Source: an uncultured Candidatus Saccharibacteria bacterium
GTDB taxonomy: Bacteria > Patescibacteriota > Minisyncoccia > Phycocordibacterales > UBA2100
Direction of reading: 5' to 3'
NCBI GenBank assembly: GCA_964362175.1
Contig: CAYIDD010000005.1
Span: 44 to 64,043 of the forward strand
DNA length: 64,000 bases
This document shows positions 1 to 9,000 of this stretch, piece by piece. How positions within the stretch are numbered: the stretch's first letter is position 1; each line of letters begins with the position of its first letter. Made by a program: the position numbers and the translations under genes. The notes beneath the pieces were generated by a model that had not been told where the DNA came from, did no database searches, and was given only the letters and a program-made list of their open reading frames with translations.

Positions 1-2
1 GT

Positions 3-596
3 TGTGCCGCCCGCGCGGCGGAGGTCCTGCGCGCGGGCGGCGTGGTGCTGTATCCGACCGATACGCTCTACGGACTCGGCGTGGATGCGTTTTCGGATGC
101 TGCTGTTGCAAAGGTCTACGCAATAAAGGGTCGTGAGGAGGGGAAGCCGATACATGCGATCGTTTCTGATCTTGAAATGGCAGGGAAGTATGGAGACGTT
201 ACAAACGACGCGACGCGTTTGGTTGCGCAACTTCCGAAGGGCTTGTTGACGCTGATAGTAAAAAAGAAAGATGTTCAAAGCGGTATAGCAAAAGACATCG
301 AAACGTTCGGATTCCGCATTCCCGGCAATGATCTCTGCAGAGAGCTGGTACGGGCATTCGGGGGCCCCGTCACTGCCACGAGCGCAAATAAAAGTGGGGA
401 AGTGCCGGAGCGGTCTGTCGAAAAAATCCTTGAGCAGCTTGGAGGGGGTGCGAAGTATGTCGACCTCGTGATGGACGCGGGGGAGTTACCCCGGCGGGAA
501 CCCTCTTCGGTCGTTGACCTCTGCAGCCCTGAACCCGCTGTCCTGCGCGAGGCGGCCGTTTCGGCGCAGGAAATAAGGTCTATTTTGGGTCATTGA
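3..596 (+). CDS. tsaC: L-threonylcarbamoyladenylate synthase (Sua5/YrdC), 5' end outside the window
   Basis: YPTDTLYGLG, KGR..KP and ATSANKSG motifs; the frame is open to the window start. Confidence 0.92.
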   Translation, partial: CAARAAEVLRAGGVVLYPTDTLYGLGVDAFSDAAVAKVYAIKGREEGKPIHAIVSDLEMAGKYGDVTNDATRLVAQLPKGLLTLIVKKKDVQSGIAKDIETFGFRIPGNDLCRELVRAFGGPVTATSANKSGEVPERSVEKILEQLGGGAKYVDLVMDAGELPRREPSSVVDLCSPEPAVLREAAVSAQEIRSILGH

Positions 597-1195
597 CTCT
601 GGCGGACTCTGCTCTACACTGGCCTTATATCAATAATGTTTTTCGCGTGCGTATGAATATGAACGACAGGACCAATCAGGTTATCGGGGGCGTCATAGTT
701 ATTATCCTTATTATCGGAGCATGGTACGTAGGTCAAAAGCAGTTGATTCCCGTTGGGGGAGAGAACACCACCCCCGCGGATTCCGTAGGAGCGGACACGT
801 CGTCAGACTCCGATGTGTCCGATACGGTCATCAGCGATGAAAGTACGGGGACCGATAACACTGCGACAACACCATCGGTGCGGGCGAGCGGCGAATCAAT
901 CACGGTCGCGGACCAACCGGCTGGTATGCAGGTCAAGATCGCATCTGTCACACTTCCGGAGCTTGGATGGGTAGCGGTGCGCGACAACAATGGTCGTGTC
1001 TTGGGCGCCGGACGTTTTGATGCAGGTACAAACAACAATGTCGCCGTCGAACTTCTTCGCGGCACGGTCGCCGGAGAAAAATATCAGGTACTTCTCTACA
1101 TTGATGATGGGGACATGCAGTACGATCTCCACAAGGACTCACTCGTCATGAATGCTGACGCCTCGGTCGCAGGTACCATGTTCAGCGCGCAATAG
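593..1195 (+). CDS. Membrane-anchored hypothetical protein; true start probably near 654
   Basis: N-terminal TM helix, acidic Ser/Thr linker, beta-rich C-terminal domain. Confidence 0.7.
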   Translation: MTLADSALHWPYINNVFRVRMNMNDRTNQVIGGVIVIILIIGAWYVGQKQLIPVGGENTTPADSVGADTSSDSDVSDTVISDESTGTDNTATTPSVRASGESITVADQPAGMQVKIASVTLPELGWVAVRDNNGRVLGAGRFDAGTNNNVAVELLRGTVAGEKYQVLLYIDDGDMQYDLHKDSLVMNADASVAGTMFSAQ

Positions 1196-1841
1196 TCCTC
1201 TTCTCCTCATCGGCGACGCGCCAAAGGTACCACGATGCAGTGGAGGCATGAGCCCGCCAATCTTTGGCGAGCTCTTCCATCGTAGCGTGATCGGGAAGGT
1301 CTTTAAGTCCGTAGGTGATCTGAAAGCCCTTCCGGATACCGAGGTCTCCGGTCGGGAGCACATCGGGTCGGTTGAGTGTGAAGATCAGGAACATGTGCAC
1401 GGTCCATACGCCGATCCCTTTGACCTGTACGAGGTGCTCAAGTATTTCGGCACTCGTCATCTTGTGCAGCTGCTTGTGTCGAATGGTCCCGTCCATGAAT
1501 TTTCTGGCGAGGTCCTTTATGTACGAGGCTTTCTGCGCTGAGAGGCCGGCGCTGCGCATTCTCTCGACCGGCGTGTTGCGTACCGCATCGGGATCGGGGA
1601 ATTTTTTAGACGGGAACGATGCGACAAACCGCTTGTAGATCGTCGCTGCGGCAGCACCGGAGACTTGTTGGTGGATGATAGAGCGTACGAGCGCTCGAAA
1701 GGGATCACGTCCCCGCTTTAGATCGGGGGGTCCGTATTTCCGAATGAGCGATGCAAAGCGCTTATCTGTCCTCAGGGCAGCAACAGACGCTGATATCGGT
1801 GGTATTCGCATAGGTGGTTCATCATATAAAGACAGGCCCAT
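1182..1841 (-). CDS. alkA: DNA-3-methyladenine glycosylase II (HhH-GPD family)
   Basis: IIHQQVS, KGIGVWT helix-hairpin-helix and LPTGDLGIR motifs. Confidence 0.88.
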   Translation of the reverse strand: MGLSLYDEPPMRIPPISASVAALRTDKRFASLIRKYGPPDLKRGRDPFRALVRSIIHQQVSGAAAATIYKRFVASFPSKKFPDPDAVRNTPVERMRSAGLSAQKASYIKDLARKFMDGTIRHKQLHKMTSAEILEHLVQVKGIGVWTVHMFLIFTLNRPDVLPTGDLGIRKGFQITYGLKDLPDHATMEELAKDWRAHASTASWYLWRVADEEKRTIAR

Positions 1842-1859
1842 TTACGCTACAATGACCCC

Positions 1860-2402
1860 ATGCAGGAAGGGATCCGAAAATTGCTGATACAACTCGGCGA
1901 AAACCCCGAACGAAATGGGCTCAGAGAAACCCCCCGCAGAGTCGAGGAGTCGTTGCAGTTCCTGACCCAGGGATACAGGACGAATATAGATGAGGTCATC
2001 GACGGGGCTATCTTTGAGGAGGATCATAACGAGATGGTGCTCGTGAAAGATATTGAAGTGTATAGTTTGTGCGAACATCACCTGCTTCCGTTCGTCGGTA
2101 AGGCGCATGTAGGGTACATCCCGAACGGCCGCGTTATCGGACTTTCAAAGATCGCTCGCGTCGTGGATATGTTCGCGCGGCGATTACAGTTGCAGGAGCG
2201 TCTTACGCGGGAGATCGCCGACGCTTTGGAGGAGAGCTTGAAACCAAGGGGGGTTGCGGTCATCATTGAGGCCGAGCATTTTTGCATGATGATGCGGGGT
2301 GTACAAAAACAAAATAGTAAGACGATAACATCAGCCATGCGCGGATCGTTTCTCAAAGACCAGAGATCGCGTGAAGAATTTTTGCATCTTGCAACTGCCT
2401 GA
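1860..2402 (+). CDS. folE: GTP cyclohydrolase I
   Basis: [24 protein letters not shown] and HFCMMMRGV motifs. Confidence 0.97.
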   Translation: MQEGIRKLLIQLGENPERNGLRETPRRVEESLQFLTQGYRTNIDEVIDGAIFEEDHNEMVLVKDIEVYSLCEHHLLPFVGKAHVGYIPNGRVIGLSKIARVVDMFARRLQLQERLTREIADALEESLKPRGVAVIIEAEHFCMMMRGVQKQNSKTITSAMRGSFLKDQRSREEFLHLATA

Positions 2403-2428
2403 GGGATCGTTCGGGGATATTTCTTTTT

Positions 2429-2599
2429 GTGACCCTACCGGGAAGCTTCGCGCATCGGTCACGGATAATTTTGCTCCGCAAAATTTCTGCGACCCCGACT
2501 CAGCGACCCTGAGGGTACCCCGCCTCCGTCTTTCGATTCCCGATCGGGACCCTGTAACACCTAAAAACCCGACGACATGCGTCGGGCCTTAAGGTGTTA
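2429..2599 (-). repeat. tRNA-Glu 3'-end-associated structured miniature element, now separated from its tRNA by island 1
   Basis: 2429-2444 equals 7688-7703 (tRNA-Glu 3' end); inverted T-arm copy at 2532-2542; core shared with 41123-41288. Confidence 0.75.
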
Positions 2600-2715
2600 T
2601 GAGGCCAGTGTACTTGGAATGGAACACCTTGGAAACTATGGTTATTCGATGGAAAGAGGTGTTCGCAACGATGCCCACTGGTTATCTTACCCCCTCCCTT
2701 GAGGCAGCGGTATGA
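2599..2715 (+). pseudogene. Displaced C-terminal tail of the island 1 recombinase (MRPVYLEWNTLETMVIRWKEVF...)
   Basis: Joins in frame to the recombinase at the shared TGA (2600-2602 / 7689-7691); same W-N-x-L...W pattern as the tail near 33856. Confidence 0.6.
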
Positions 2716-2987
2716 GGACTTTAGGCCCAGGACTCCCGTTTAATATCTACCTTATAGGTAATAGAACGCAGAGATTACCCTCGATCCCGTCGCTAGGTAA
2801 ACTCGCAAAACTCGACTGTCAGAAAATGAAAAAACCCTACTAGGGAAACACTCCAGAAACTCAAGAGGACCCCATGGCGATTTTAGTCATATATAGAGGC
2901 ATAATTTATGCCATATGCAAAAAATAATCCCGAATAAACGGAGTGTTTTCCGAGTAAAAAACCCAGAGTTTTCTTACACAAAAACCC

Positions 2988-3665
2988 CTAGTTTTGCGAG
3001 TCATTTAGGAGCGTCATTTTGGGCACCTCTATGCCATTCCAAGCGATCCTCAGCGGCACCTCGGTAACCTGCCCGCTTTCCTGATAGAGCTTCACCAGGA
3101 GCACCGACTCGCCCAGTGCTCCTCTAGAAAAAGCAGGTACATCATTCCCCGCAGCGACCGCCAGCAAGACGGAGCGATCCCCGACCATTTCTCGGTCAAG
3201 CATGTGGTTGAAAATATCGAGATAAACAGTTTGGTTGGGATAAATGTCTCGAACAGTCAGACCGTCTTTATTCAGTTGTCCGTGCGTCCAGATAAGAGGC
3301 ATCGGAAAGAAATCGGTGCGTATTTCTCCGCTGTCGGTAATTTTCTCGATGTACGCCTCCACAGCTTTTGCCTTGAACTTACCGCTGTTCTTGATGATGA
3401 CTCTCCCAACATCGAGAAGCGCCATCGGCTCAGAGTCGCCAATCGCTTCGGCATCTCCTTGATTAGTCACTATTGCACCTTCGACCACGATCTTGCTTTT
3501 TTGTGGGCGACGCCTCCACCATTCACTTAGCGGCGGAGACAAAATACCAAGCACGAGAGCAAGAACGATTGCCCAAAATTCTGGAGTGAGATAGAAAGGC
3601 GTCGAGAAATGGGCGGCTGTCTTTTGGAGTGCATCTATCGCTGACTCAAGTTGGTTTGGCTGCAT
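2988..3665 (-). CDS. Hypothetical protein with one N-terminal TM helix (island cargo)
   Basis: 225-aa ORF with a hydrophobic segment followed by a soluble domain. Confidence 0.7.
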   Translation of the reverse strand: MQPNQLESAIDALQKTAAHFSTPFYLTPEFWAIVLALVLGILSPPLSEWWRRRPQKSKIVVEGAIVTNQGDAEAIGDSEPMALLDVGRVIIKNSGKFKAKAVEAYIEKITDSGEIRTDFFPMPLIWTHGQLNKDGLTVRDIYPNQTVYLDIFNHMLDREMVGDRSVLLAVAAGNDVPAFSRGALGESVLLVKLYQESGQVTEVPLRIAWNGIEVPKMTLLNDSQN

Positions 3666-3692
3666 GCAGTAATTCTACCGCAGCTGAGCAGA

Positions 3693-3860
3693 TTAGCTTT
3701 TGTGGTTAGAAGCCAAGTACGAATAAACAATTGGGGCCAAGATGGGAGCCACAAGGCCCGCGAAGAAAGCTACGACTCTGTTAGCTCCTATTTTCTTTGC
3801 AGAGTACAGGCAGATCGGTATGGATATTCCCCACAGTATCAGCAAGACAATCGTTTCCAT
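3693..3860 (-). CDS. 55-aa two-TM small membrane protein (METIVLLILWGISIPICLYSAKKIG...)
   Basis: Read manually; starts 3 nt after the upstream gene's stop; two hydrophobic helices. Confidence 0.65.
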   Translation of the reverse strand: METIVLLILWGISIPICLYSAKKIGANRVVAFFAGLVAPILAPIVYSYLASNHKS

Positions 3861-3863
3861 ATT

Positions 3864-4748
3864 TTATTGAGCAGTCACTGTCACACTCTTACTAAATCCG
3901 TTAGCAGAAAAAGTAATCGTGTGTTGGCCACTGGTTTTGAACTCGTACAGAAATGGGTAATATGACACCGTTTCAGGAACACCGTCCTTATAAATCTTTG
4001 TTACAGCGCCTATGCCCGTCTGGTCGGTTCCCGTTCCCTTTATGAACCTTCGGCAGCTGAAGCAGTCAGGATTAGGTGGATCGGTTGCCTCAATCGTTAC
4101 GTCATACTTAATAACGGCATCCCCGTTATCATTACGTGCAATAAGACCAAGAACAATAGAATTACTATCATCGGGAGTGGCACTGCCTTGGGCTAGTGTT
4201 CCGTCGGGATTTATTTGGTAGTTGTTTGCCTTGTATTGCCGCCCCAGACCCTTACCAGGAGTCGGGCTGAATATTTCAATATTCGCTTTCGATATAGGTA
4301 CGGGCGCAGGCGTCGGCTGTGGTGTTGTGGGAACTGTGGGTGTTGGTTGCGGTGCTGGATTAAGCACGGGCGCGGGAGTCGGTGCAGGATTGGCAGGTTG
4401 AGTTACCACTGGCGGAACTGTCGGCGGCGTAAGCTGTTCCTCCTTGACGGACTCCGCGAGATCCACCGAAAGTACGGCATTAGCTCGAGTGCGCGTCAGA
4501 GGTCCAAAGAAACCTGATACTGGAGTAATATTTTCTCGCGCTTGAAATACTTTTACCGCCTTCAGAGTGAGCGTATAAAAATTTCCTGTTATGGGTCCCG
4601 AATACACCCCTTGATCGGTTAGGAACTCTTGGAGCTCACGTACTTCATCGCCTTTGCTCCCGTACTTTAAATTAGTATCGAAAGAAGCAAAGACAAACTG
4701 CGGGACCAAAACCAGCACGATAGCGAGGAGTTTATAGATATTTTTCAT
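3864..4748 (-). CDS. Secreted protein with a peptidoglycan-binding domain, Pro-rich linker and C-terminal domain
   Basis: Signal peptide; LKYGSKGDEVRELQEFL...GNFYTLTLKAVKVFQ...GFFGPLTR matches the PG_binding_1 pattern. Confidence 0.85.
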   Translation of the reverse strand: MKNIYKLLAIVLVLVPQFVFASFDTNLKYGSKGDEVRELQEFLTDQGVYSGPITGNFYTLTLKAVKVFQARENITPVSGFFGPLTRTRANAVLSVDLAESVKEEQLTPPTVPPVVTQPANPAPTPAPVLNPAPQPTPTVPTTPQPTPAPVPISKANIEIFSPTPGKGLGRQYKANNYQINPDGTLAQGSATPDDSNSIVLGLIARNDNGDAVIKYDVTIEATDPPNPDCFSCRRFIKGTGTDQTGIGAVTKIYKDGVPETVSYYPFLYEFKTSGQHTITFSANGFSKSVTVTAQ

Positions 4749-4781
4749 AGCAACCAGCATGAGCTTGTAATGCTGGCGCTA

Positions 4782-4940
4782 AACACTAAGCCCCGCGCCA
4801 GCTAGGCCTTGCGGCCCCACACCCGTTTCCAGGTATGGCCCATCGCTGAGTTGCTGAACACGGGGTTCAGTATCAGCGATGGGACTTGTCGACCTTGCCA
4901 CAGCGAAGCTGCGGGTTAGGCCCTTTTATTGGGTATGTGT
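4782..4940 (-). ncRNA. Conserved structured leader RNA, copy 1 (family unknown)
   Basis: Homologous to 38226-38395 with compensatory changes; GAAA and GCAA tetraloops on the minus strand. Confidence 0.8.
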
Positions 4941-4994
4941 AACTCGATGCTAACATAGCGAGCCGCGGGTATAAAGGATAAAATCAGCTCACGT

Positions 4995-5687
4995 ATGATC
5001 GACCAGCTACTAGCACAAAGAGCCGTTTTAGAGGCCCTTGAGGCCAAAATCACGGCCTTGGGCGGCGCTGACAGGCATGTTGGCGATACTACGCTCGAAC
5101 TGTACTTTTGGGACGATTTGGCGGAAAAACATCAAAAACTTTTTAGATCAGCCACACTCGAGGACATCGCCTCGGCAATTACTATCGTTGAGAAAGAGTC
5201 AGCGGGGCGCTTTAAACTTGTATCTATTAAGCCATCTACCGCCACTCGCGACGTATTGAGAGTCGGTATAATGCAAGAAAGTGGCAGACCTATTTTGGAC
5301 GTCTCGAATTTATATTGGGAAGTCCGATACACAGAAAAACTACCCGCGGGAGAAGCTCCCAGTGGTTCGCAAATCTTTTGGCTTACACCTAGGGAGCTAC
5401 ACTCGTTAATTTCAAATGAAAGGCGATCATTCGCGTTTCGGTCAGGCGGTGTTCAATTCCGATTATTGCAGTGGTTTTCCGAACACAAGGATTTAACTAA
5501 AAGCAAAGAGCTAGCGGAGGAGCTCAAGACCACAACACGAACAATTGCCACAGAGATCGGCAAGCTGAAACGTAAAGCTGACGAGGCATTTGGCCTCGAT
5601 GAGGATAATTTCGTCCAAAGCAGTTATGGCGAAGGTTACGGGCCTGGTATCGGAATAAAAATCAAATTGGAAAGAGGTACGTCGTAG
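4995..5687 (+). CDS. Hypothetical protein with a C-terminal winged HTH
   Basis: SKELAEELKTTTRTIATEIGKLKRK...GEGY pattern. Confidence 0.7.
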   Translation: MIDQLLAQRAVLEALEAKITALGGADRHVGDTTLELYFWDDLAEKHQKLFRSATLEDIASAITIVEKESAGRFKLVSIKPSTATRDVLRVGIMQESGRPILDVSNLYWEVRYTEKLPAGEAPSGSQIFWLTPRELHSLISNERRSFAFRSGGVQFRLLQWFSEHKDLTKSKELAEELKTTTRTIATEIGKLKRKADEAFGLDEDNFVQSSYGEGYGPGIGIKIKLERGTS

Positions 5688-5796
5688 CTACCGTTGATAA
5701 GACCATAGAGCGCGACTGAATTATTGGGCTCTTTTGAGGGCTTATCGTACATGCGCTGTATGTACGCTGTAGCACCCCTTTCGGCAGAATTATGAG

Positions 5797-5988
5797 GTGG
5801 AACAGAGCACCGATGACAAGCTGGCCGAGAGCGCAAGCTCAGAACTTTCTTTTGATGCCTTCAAAAAAGCGCTCGGGTCCGCTGCTCTAAAATACTCGGA
5901 TACGGAAATTGAGCGCATGCGGGCCGTCTGCGATAAGTTTGCGGATGCCTTCTTTGACGGTTGGCTTAAGCGACGAAACGAGCAATAA
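5797..5988 (+). CDS. Small helical protein directly upstream of the recombinase
   Basis: GTG start; YSDTEIERMR...FADAFF resembles 37478-37648 and 38757-38918. Confidence 0.7.
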   Translation: MEQSTDDKLAESASSELSFDAFKKALGSAALKYSDTEIERMRAVCDKFADAFFDGWLKRRNEQ

Positions 5989-6022
5989 TGGGCAGGAAGG
6001 GCTCGACGATTATTACAAAAAC

Positions 6023-7726
6023 ATGGAAAAAAGCACCGAGGGAGAGTATTGCATAATTCACTGTCGAGTGAGTTCAACCAAACAATCTCAGGAGGGTGAG
6101 AGCTTGGATGTGCAAGCGGGCATCTGCCGCGCCATTGCCGTTCAGAATAAATGGCCACTCGCTCATGAGCCGTGGGAAGAGAGCTTCTCAGGGCGTAAAA
6201 GTACTCGGCCAATCTTTGAAGAAGTGTTGGCATTTCTGGATGCACATCCAGGTAAAGTACGCCGCTACATTTTTCGCTCGATTGATCGCTTTACACGCGG
6301 CGGCTCATTCTCATACGAAACGATGAAGCGCGAGCTTACAAAGCGCGGGGTAGCGATGGTGGATAGCTATGGAGTAATTCAAGCTTCAAAAAACACTCTT
6401 GAGGATTTGGGGATTGAGTATGACTGGAGCAGGTACTCACCGAGTGAAATGACAGAGTCGCTTCTCGCGACGAATGCTAAACAGGAGGTTACTGGCATCC
6501 TTACCAGGATGATCGGGCAGTCAATCCGATTAACCAGGCAAGGGTATCGAGCGCGTCGAAGTACAGACGGGTTTAAGAATGAGCGGGTGTTCGTCGAGGG
6601 GAAAAAGAAGGTCATACAGGTTCCCGATAAGGAGCGGGCCCGCTTTTTTATTGCGATGTTTGAATTGCGAGCGCTGGGCCAACTTACAGACCCTGAGATA
6701 GTCGAGAGAGTGAATGCGATGGGATACCGTTCTCCGTATCAAAATAAGTACAATCACGAAAAGACCAAGATCGTCGGGCGGAGAGGCGGAGTTCCGCTGA
6801 CTGTAAAGCAACTCCAGCGCATCATGCGGAATACAATCTATGCTGGAGTCGCATGCGAAAAATGGACAAACTACAAACCAATCCATCAACAGTACGACGG
6901 TCTTGTTACGGTCGAGGTTTTCAATCGAGCCAATAGAGGAGAGTTCGCCATTATGACGGATGAGAGCGCAGAGCTCACAGTCGTTCGCGGCAAATCAAAG
7001 ACGGGCACGGAACGAGTAAGAAATAACCCGCTCTACCCCTTCAAGTTCATTCTGTGTCCTTTGTGCGAGAAACCCAAAACCATGCTTGGCAGCGCACCAC
7101 GCGGCAAGCTGGGTAAAACACATCCCACTTACCACTGCGCTCGTACACACAAGTATTTCGGTATTCCTAAAAAGGACTTTGAGGAGAGTGTGGCGAAGTA
7201 CATCAAGAGTTTGAAGTTCCAACCCGATTTGCTTAATGGCTTGGAGGCAACGTTCCTTAACAAGTATCGTAAACGTGAGAAAGAAATTGTCAGAGCATCA
7301 GGCCAAATACACTCGCACATAGGCGAGCTCGAGGCGCGTCAGGCCTCAAAACTTGAGGCGTTTGAAGCAACAAAGAGTCCCGTGCTCCGAGGAAAGCTGG
7401 AAAGAGAAATAGAAGATCTTGAGGTCCAGATCAAGCAGGCGGGTAAACAACGCCTGAAGATACAGATCACGCGAAATGATATTAAGGCCTTTATGCGAGA
7501 TGCGAAAGCGATAATGGAACACCCCGCTGAAATCCTCCTAAACCCAAAGGATATAAAGGTCCAACAGGAATTATTCGGGTTAGTTTTTGAGAAAATGCCG
7601 ACCTACTCGGAAATTGTTAATGGAACACCTAAATTGTCCTACGCCTTCGCGCTTTCTTCGACATTTACACCAGACAAAAACCAATTGGTGACCCTACCGG
7701 GAATCGAACCCGGATTAACGGCTTGA
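6023..7726 (+). CDS. Large serine recombinase (resolvase, recombinase and zinc-ribbon domains)
   Basis: CRVSSTKQ catalytic motif, SIDRFTR, CPLC...YHC; the last codons overlap tRNA-Glu antisense. Confidence 0.93.
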   Translation: MEKSTEGEYCIIHCRVSSTKQSQEGESLDVQAGICRAIAVQNKWPLAHEPWEESFSGRKSTRPIFEEVLAFLDAHPGKVRRYIFRSIDRFTRGGSFSYETMKRELTKRGVAMVDSYGVIQASKNTLEDLGIEYDWSRYSPSEMTESLLATNAKQEVTGILTRMIGQSIRLTRQGYRARRSTDGFKNERVFVEGKKKVIQVPDKERARFFIAMFELRALGQLTDPEIVERVNAMGYRSPYQNKYNHEKTKIVGRRGGVPLTVKQLQRIMRNTIYAGVACEKWTNYKPIHQQYDGLVTVEVFNRANRGEFAIMTDESAELTVVRGKSKTGTERVRNNPLYPFKFILCPLCEKPKTMLGSAPRGKLGKTHPTYHCARTHKYFGIPKKDFEESVAKYIKSLKFQPDLLNGLEATFLNKYRKREKEIVRASGQIHSHIGELEARQASKLEAFEATKSPVLRGKLEREIEDLEVQIKQAGKQRLKIQITRNDIKAFMRDAKAIMEHPAEILLNPKDIKVQQELFGLVFEKMPTYSEIVNGTPKLSYAFALSSTFTPDKNQLVTLPGIEPGLTA

Positions 7727-7760
7727 AAAGCCGGCGTCCTAACCATTAGACGATAGGGCC
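7686..7760 (-). tRNA. tRNA-Glu(TTC), CCA encoded
   Basis: GGCCCTA/TAGGGTC acceptor stem, TTC anticodon, GGTTCGATTCC T-arm. Confidence 0.95.
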
Positions 7761-7823
7761 ACAAACAGCGCCATTTTAGCGCATTTTCTGTCCTATACAA
7801 AATGTGATACTGTTGTCGGGTTT

Positions 7824-7908
7824 GGAGGCGTCGGATAGTGGTTTATTCCAGCGGTTTCGAAAACCGCCATGCCGAAAGGCATCGTGAGTTCGAATCTCAC
7901 CGCCTCCG
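7824..7908 (+). tRNA. tRNA-Ser(CGA)
   Basis: GGAGGCG/CGCCTCC acceptor stem, long variable arm, CGA anticodon. Confidence 0.95.
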
Positions 7909-7911
7909 CAT

Positions 7912-8919
7912 ATGGCGTTGCATAGCACCACAGGTTTTAAACCCGTCGCCGCGGCCTTGATCGGTAACACGCTTGTCACCATCGTTAAGTTTTCTGCGGC
8001 AATGGTCTCCGGTTCCAGCTCGATGTTCTCCGAAGCGGTGCATAGTTTCGCCGACACACTCAACCAGCTTCTGCTCCTGATCGGGTTGCGCCGCTCGCTC
8101 AGGAAGGCGGATGACGATTTTGAGTATGGCTACGGCAATGAACTTTCGTTTTGGGCGCTTATTTCCGCGTGCGGGATATTTTTTGTCGGCGCAGGTGTCA
8201 CGGCATATAACGGCATTACCTCATTCCTCGATCCGCACCACATAGAGATATCGCCGCTGGTATTCGGGGTTCTTCTTTTGGCTCTCGTGATCGAGTCTTA
8301 CACACTCTGGGTCGCCGCCACGCAATTGATAACATCATTCCCCCGCTCGAAGTGGGGGAAACGGCTGGCACAGGCCGATCCCTCGACGCTTGCCGTTTTT
8401 CTCGAGGACGCGGTGGCGGTAATCGGCGTACTCGTCGCGATCGTGAGCATTTCGGTCTCGTATTACACGGGAAATTCTGCGTGGGACGCTGCGGGCTCGG
8501 TCGTTATTGCGTCCCTTCTCGCTGCGGTCGCTGTTGTCCTTATCGTCAAAAACCGCTCGTATCTTCTCGGCCGCTCGATACCCGAAGGGCTGCAGGAAGA
8601 ATTGATCGACCTTCTTCAGAGTGAGCCGGCGATAGAAAAAGTCCTCGATTTCAAATCGGTCGTGCTGGGGTTCGGCATCTACCGCATCAAATGCGACGTG
8701 GAATTTAACGGTGCGGCGCTTTTTGGAGAGGCGTATCAGCAATCGTCACTTCGCGACCAGTATGAAGAAGTGCGCGACGACTATGAATCCTTCAAAAGAT
8801 TTTGTGCGGACTACGCCGACCGCATTCCGCGCTTGATGGGTAAGAAGATAGACGAGATAGAAGCGCGGATAAAAAAGCTGCACCCGGGTATCAAACACAT
8901 AGATATAGAGATCAATTGA
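7912..8919 (+). CDS. Cation diffusion facilitator (CDF) transporter
   Basis: SEAVHSFADTLNQ and EDAVAV motifs; about 6 TM helices. Confidence 0.92.
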   Translation: MALHSTTGFKPVAAALIGNTLVTIVKFSAAMVSGSSSMFSEAVHSFADTLNQLLLLIGLRRSLRKADDDFEYGYGNELSFWALISACGIFFVGAGVTAYNGITSFLDPHHIEISPLVFGVLLLALVIESYTLWVAATQLITSFPRSKWGKRLAQADPSTLAVFLEDAVAVIGVLVAIVSISVSYYTGNSAWDAAGSVVIASLLAAVAVVLIVKNRSYLLGRSIPEGLQEELIDLLQSEPAIEKVLDFKSVVLGFGIYRIKCDVEFNGAALFGEAYQQSSLRDQYEEVRDDYESFKRFCADYADRIPRLMGKKIDEIEARIKKLHPGIKHIDIEIN

Positions 8920-9000
8920 TCGATCCCGAAGGCGCCATCTTCGGCATGATGCGAGGCGACCCGAACGCAAAGTAACGAAGGACTGCTGTAGAATACGGGG

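Larger units (their letters stand above)
2600..7691. mobile_element. Island 1: serine-recombinase integrative element at the tRNA-Glu 3' end
   Basis: Recombinase runs into tRNA-Glu; displaced C-terminal tail at 2599-2715; lower GC and orphan cargo. Confidence 0.8.

Noticed and set aside
2429-2444. 16-bp repeat of the tRNA-Glu 3' end as the left att site of island 1
   Set aside because: It fits the tRNA-associated miniature element also seen at tRNA-Leu and tRNA-Trp, which have no island, and a crossover at 2600 restores a conserved recombinase tail. It is not fully excluded.
4782-4940. c-di-GMP-I riboswitch, because of the GAAA loop and receptor-like motif
   Set aside because: The receptor precedes the tetraloop and I could not find the GEMM junction motifs.
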